A stretch of DNA of 28,628 nucleotides, taken from IMG/VR virus record IMGVR_UViG_3300042486_001809, positions 1 to 28,628 of that record; one strand, given 5' to 3'. This document shows positions 25,102-28,628 of this stretch, piece by piece. This DNA comes from a virus (lineage: Duplodnaviria > Caudoviricetes). The notes under the pieces were generated by a model that saw nothing but the letters and a program-made list of their open reading frames with translations, made no database searches and was not told where the DNA came from. Numbering within the stretch: position 1 is the stretch's first letter; every line of letters starts with the position of its first letter. The position numbers and the translations under genes were made by a program.

Positions 25102-28100
25102 TTATAGATTATCAAGTTTTTTAGTTAGGCTATTTACCATATCTGTTAGTGCATTAATCTGAGCTTGTTGCTCCTTAATTGTTTCAACTAAAACCGCAGT
25201 TACTCTAGAATAAGATACTGTCTTGATTCCTTCGCCTGTTTCTGTAACTAGATCTGGGATAATTGCCTCAACTTCTTGTGCAATAAAACCAACTTCTTTC
25301 ATATTTGGTGTGGTTTTCTTATTAAAAGATACACCATTCAGCTTCATTATTTTATCCAAAGAATTCTCAAGTGGAAGAATGTTTTCTTTCAGCGAGATAT
25401 CTGAAGTCTCAGTAAGAACACCTTGAATAAGAGTGTTACCTACCACAGTAAGAGTTTGTCTAACTGTTACATCGCCATTAATTGAACCACCGGCTTTGGA
25501 ATAGTAAAGCGACATATCAGGAACTGGTGTAGCATCAACCCAAGCACTACCGTAATATACTTTAAGTTTACCGGTATCGGATTCCCACCATAATTTACCA
25601 GCGGCTCCTGCTGGAGGAGAGTCCTGAATAGTAACGGCGGCTCCACCAAGACCCAAGTCATTTGTAAATTGAGATAAGGCAGTAGGTCTTCCTGAAACGT
25701 TTGTCCAAGCAACAGAACCAGCAGAAGCAGCATAGTTTACTGAGAAATTTGATGGATTGTAAACATACATGTTTGTACCATCGGTTCCACCCCATAACCA
25801 AGTAGGCTGTCCACTTTGTCCAGACCAATAGAAATTTATATCCCCGCCGCTTGCATTTCTAGGATAGGCTCGGCCCGAAGATGTAATATAAGCAGAGTCG
25901 TTTGTAAATCTAGAAATGTTCATGTTAAACAAATCAGTAGCGTAGTCTGCTCTATACGCGGTGTTTACCAATACAGCAGTAGAATCTGTTCTACCAACTG
26001 CCCATCCTCCTAGGTGCAAATATGCACCATAATCATTTTCAACCATTTGATCAACACCACTAATACTAGTAAGTGTTAATCTTCCAGTCATTGTATCGCC
26101 AGATGCATTTATAAATCTTGAGTCAGACTCAGATTCTGTGTAATATCGGTCATCGTGGTTATGCGAAGCTGCTGCATATAGTCCAGCATGGTTACCCCAA
26201 CCGTATGCGGTATTCCAATTAGACGAGCTTGCAATTTTATTATCAGCAATCGATACACCTACCCATCTACCAGAAGAATCGATTACTTGGGTCGTATCAT
26301 ACACTCCAGGTATTGATCCATATTCAATTACACCAACATAATATCCATCACTTGAGTTAACATGTCCATCATATGCATTAAGGTGTCGAGATTGTAAAAA
26401 ACCACCAGTTAAGTTATCGCCATCTGCTCCAAATCTCTGGCCTCCTCCTACATATTTACCATTAATAGTTGGATTATTGTCTGCATACGACCAAGCGGGT
26501 CCGTCTCCATCTGGATTAATAGGTACATAAACTCCATCATGATTGTGAGAGGGTAATGATGTTAAGAATCCGCCATAGTTACCTAAGTCGTTTGTAAACT
26601 GCGACAAAGCAGTTGGCCTACCAGTTACTCCTGTCCATGCTACGTTAGTAGCAGTTGCGGCGTTACCGCTAATGTTTGTTTGGTCTCCTGTGTTTGTACC
26701 AGAAGAACTTCCACTAAAGTTAGTAGCACTTATTTGACCATATACTTGAACATTATAGTTATTATCCATTCTTAATCCCCAGTTACCGCCAGAATTTAAG
26801 AAACCAATTTCATTGGATGTATTAGCATAAACATAACCTCTTATTGAACTTACGTGACCGCCTGTATAAAATCTAATTGCAGACACACTAGTCGTAGATG
26901 AAGCATCCCAATAACCATTTGTGTTTGACGACCAGTGTTGAGTTGTTACCTGGTTATAGAGACCTTCATTGCTGTTATTATTTCGGAACCAACTATTATT
27001 GTAAATATTCGTAAAGGTTGGTGCAGATGAAGTTAGGAGAGCTTGGTTTAGATAACTAGATAACCAAGTTCCTCTAGTTCCAAAGTAGATATCACCCTCT
27101 GCGCCAAAATTACCGTTTGTCCAAGTTCCAGAGTTAGCTGAATAAAATCTGTAAGTTTGACCTCCTAAGTAGAGAGAATCATCAAATCTAGCCGAACCTC
27201 CACTATAAACCATTTTATTTCCATGTACTCTTAGGTAAGTAGCATCTTCCATGAACCAACCGCCGCCCCAACCAAATGCAAGTTTTTCATCCCTAAGTAC
27301 AGTAGCAGTTCCACGACCAAACACAAGCGCATCGTTGGCTCCTAATAGTTGAATTGATCCATTTACAAATAGTCTATTATTAGTTGGTGATGTTTGATCG
27401 GCGGCTGTATAAGAAAAGTCAGTTGTTCCAAATCCAACCCGGCCGTCTTGACCTACATAGATTGCATTTGTTCCAAACTTACCAATTTGTACAATATTGT
27501 TTGCAAATACTTCGAGTACAGGTAAACCTGCAAGGGTATTTACGCTATATAGTGAATCGGTTAGATCATCAGTTACAGTAAATAATCGACCGTTAACTCC
27601 ATTTACTGCAAATAATTCTTGTCCACTTGTTACTCCGCTAATTGCTAACGGTCCAGTCATTGTATCTCCGCTTACATTAACGTAAAGTGAGTCTGCTGTG
27701 CCTTGTGATATTCCTCCACTTGGAAGAGTAACCGAGTTACCTCCGCTAATTGTAAGGGTCGATCCGCTAATACTTAGAGTTTGGCCGTCAGTATTTGTAT
27801 CTGTATCAATATCATTAAATGTAGCAGTTAAGGTTGAACCGTCACCTTGAGTTAAGGTTAATGTTTTTGTACCAGTGCCACTAAATGAAATTGCAGTAGG
27901 TCTCTTATTATAAGCAGCATCCCAATTTGATTTGTTATAACCTGTAATTGCAGTTGCACCACTAAAGAAATTATTAACCTCACTTTCAGTGTAATATCTG
28001 TCATCATGGTTATGGCTCGGCAAAGACGTTAAGTAACCTTGAGAAGTTACCCAAGGTCTAGTTGCTAAAATATCGCCATTCCAAGTAGCAGTACCTTGAG

Positions 28101-28628
28101 TACTTAATCGAATTTCACCACTTCCATTGTGTTGAATATAGATTGCGCCGCTATTAGTATGAATACCACCGACATCAGTTGCTCCTCTAAATGCATGAAT
28201 TAACCAGGTTCCCTCTGGGTTATCTACAACAATACTTTCATTTGACGCTGGGGCTTTTGAAATTCCTAATCTAGCATTAATTTGCAAATTACCAGTCATA
28301 GTATCACCAGTAGTATTAACCCATACATCAGATACAGAGGTTAAGTAACCTTGACTTTGTACCCATGATTGAGTTGCAAGTAAATTACCTGCCGCATATG
28401 GAACATATTTAAAATATGCAACATTGGCCGTTGTTATTTCAAGAGCAACCGATGTAGGTTCATAGATATCGCCATATGCAATTTTAAAGCTATCTGTATT
28501 ATTGTTATTGGTCATTCCCATTGACCACATCGGAACTCCAGTATAGTCCCATGCAGTACCCTGAAAAACATTCATTCCAGTAGTAAACATTAGGGTTGCT
28601 TGATTACCAGAAGCTTGTCGATTAATGA
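25102..28628 (-). CDS. Long tail fibre protein with C-terminal S74 chaperone, 5'-truncated by window edge
   Basis: TSDISLKENI, VGFIAQEVEAIIPDLV, YSRVTAVLVETIKEQQ and GDTMTG repeats. The frame stays open upstream of 28590 (...INRQASGNQATLMF). Confidence 0.92.
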   Translation of the reverse strand, partial: INRQASGNQATLMFTTGMNVFQGTAWDYTGVPMWSMGMTNNNNTDSFKIAYGDIYEPTSVALEITTANVAYFKYVPYAAGNLLATQSWVQSQGYLTSVSDVWVNTTGDTMTGNLQINARLGISKAPASNESIVVDNPEGTWLIHAFRGATDVGGIHTNSGAIYIQHNGSGEIRLSTQGTATWNGDILATRPWVTSQGYLTSLPSHNHDDRYYTESEVNNFFSGATAITGYNKSNWDAAYNKRPTAISFSGTGTKTLTLTQGDGSTLTATFNDIDTDTNTDGQTLSISGSTLTISGGNSVTLPSGGISQGTADSLYVNVSGDTMTGPLAISGVTSGQELFAVNGVNGRLFTVTDDLTDSLYSVNTLAGLPVLEVFANNIVQIGKFGTNAIYVGQDGRVGFGTTDFSYTAADQTSPTNNRLFVNGSIQLLGANDALVFGRGTATVLRDEKLAFGWGGGWFMEDATYLRVHGNKMVYSGGSARFDDSLYLGGQTYRFYSANSGTWTNGNFGAEGDIYFGTRGTWLSSYLNQALLTSSAPTFTNIYNNSWFRNNNSNEGLYNQVTTQHWSSNTNGYWDASSTTSVSAIRFYTGGHVSSIRGYVYANTSNEIGFLNSGGNWGLRMDNNYNVQVYGQISATNFSGSSSGTNTGDQTNISGNAATATNVAWTGVTGRPTALSQFTNDLGNYGGFLTSLPSHNHDGVYVPINPDGDGPAWSYADNNPTINGKYVGGGQRFGADGDNLTGGFLQSRHLNAYDGHVNSSDGYYVGVIEYGSIPGVYDTTQVIDSSGRWVGVSIADNKIASSSNWNTAYGWGNHAGLYAAASHNHDDRYYTESESDSRFINASGDTMTGRLTLTSISGVDQMVENDYGAYLHLGGWAVGRTDSTAVLVNTAYRADYATDLFNMNISRFTNDSAYITSSGRAYPRNASGGDINFYWSGQSGQPTWLWGGTDGTNMYVYNPSNFSVNYAASAGSVAWTNVSGRPTALSQFTNDLGLGGAAVTIQDSPPAGAAGKLWWESDTGKLKVYYGSAWVDATPVPDMSLYYSKAGGSINGDVTVRQTLTVVGNTLIQGVLTETSDISLKENILPLENSLDKIMKLNGVSFNKKTTPNMKEVGFIAQEVEAIIPDLVTETGEGIKTVSYSRVTAVLVETIKEQQAQINALTDMVNSLTKKLDNL

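Noticed and set aside
2760-27685. Short antisense or alternate-frame ORFs in the track (e.g. 2760-2987, 3888-4127, 10104-10394, 16648-16953, 19072-19413, 25467-25733)
   Set aside because: They lie within or largely overlap long, motif-bearing genes and have no recognisable features; they are shadow ORFs.
11234-28628. Diversity-generating retroelement or invertible fibre cassette
   Set aside because: No reverse transcriptase or recombinase is seen. Repeats differ at synonymous positions rather than at adenines and are all co-oriented.
1-28628. Stop-codon reassignment as in some large phages
   Set aside because: Genes are full-length and densely packed under code 11, and TAG and TGA both act as stops (2492, 14146).

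Overview
This is a 28.6 kb segment of a large T4-like (myovirus-type, probably jumbo) phage genome. It is AT-rich, uses the standard genetic code and is almost entirely minus-strand. The host is most likely Bacteroidota. The left part holds an ECF-type sigma factor, PhoH, T4-like large and small terminase and a gp6-like baseplate wedge. A plus-strand island follows, with a tmRNA (unusually long 23-aa tag, no encoded CCA), a gp15-like tail completion protein and a Pol-beta-superfamily nucleotidyltransferase carrying a capsid-targeting-like leader. The right part is a tail-fibre/adhesin region. It has three LamG proteins, an outer-membrane barrel + DUF401-like transporter pair, two fibres with S74 intramolecular chaperones, and a Cys-rich FN3 protein ending in a Hint (BIL-like) domain. 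It also has an uncharacterised cassette of two beta-propeller paralogs, two hypothetical proteins and a U32 (Fe-S hydroxylase-type)-methyltransferase fusion. Two recurring promoter-like motifs and two terminators are visible. All family calls come from motif recognition by eye, not database searches.
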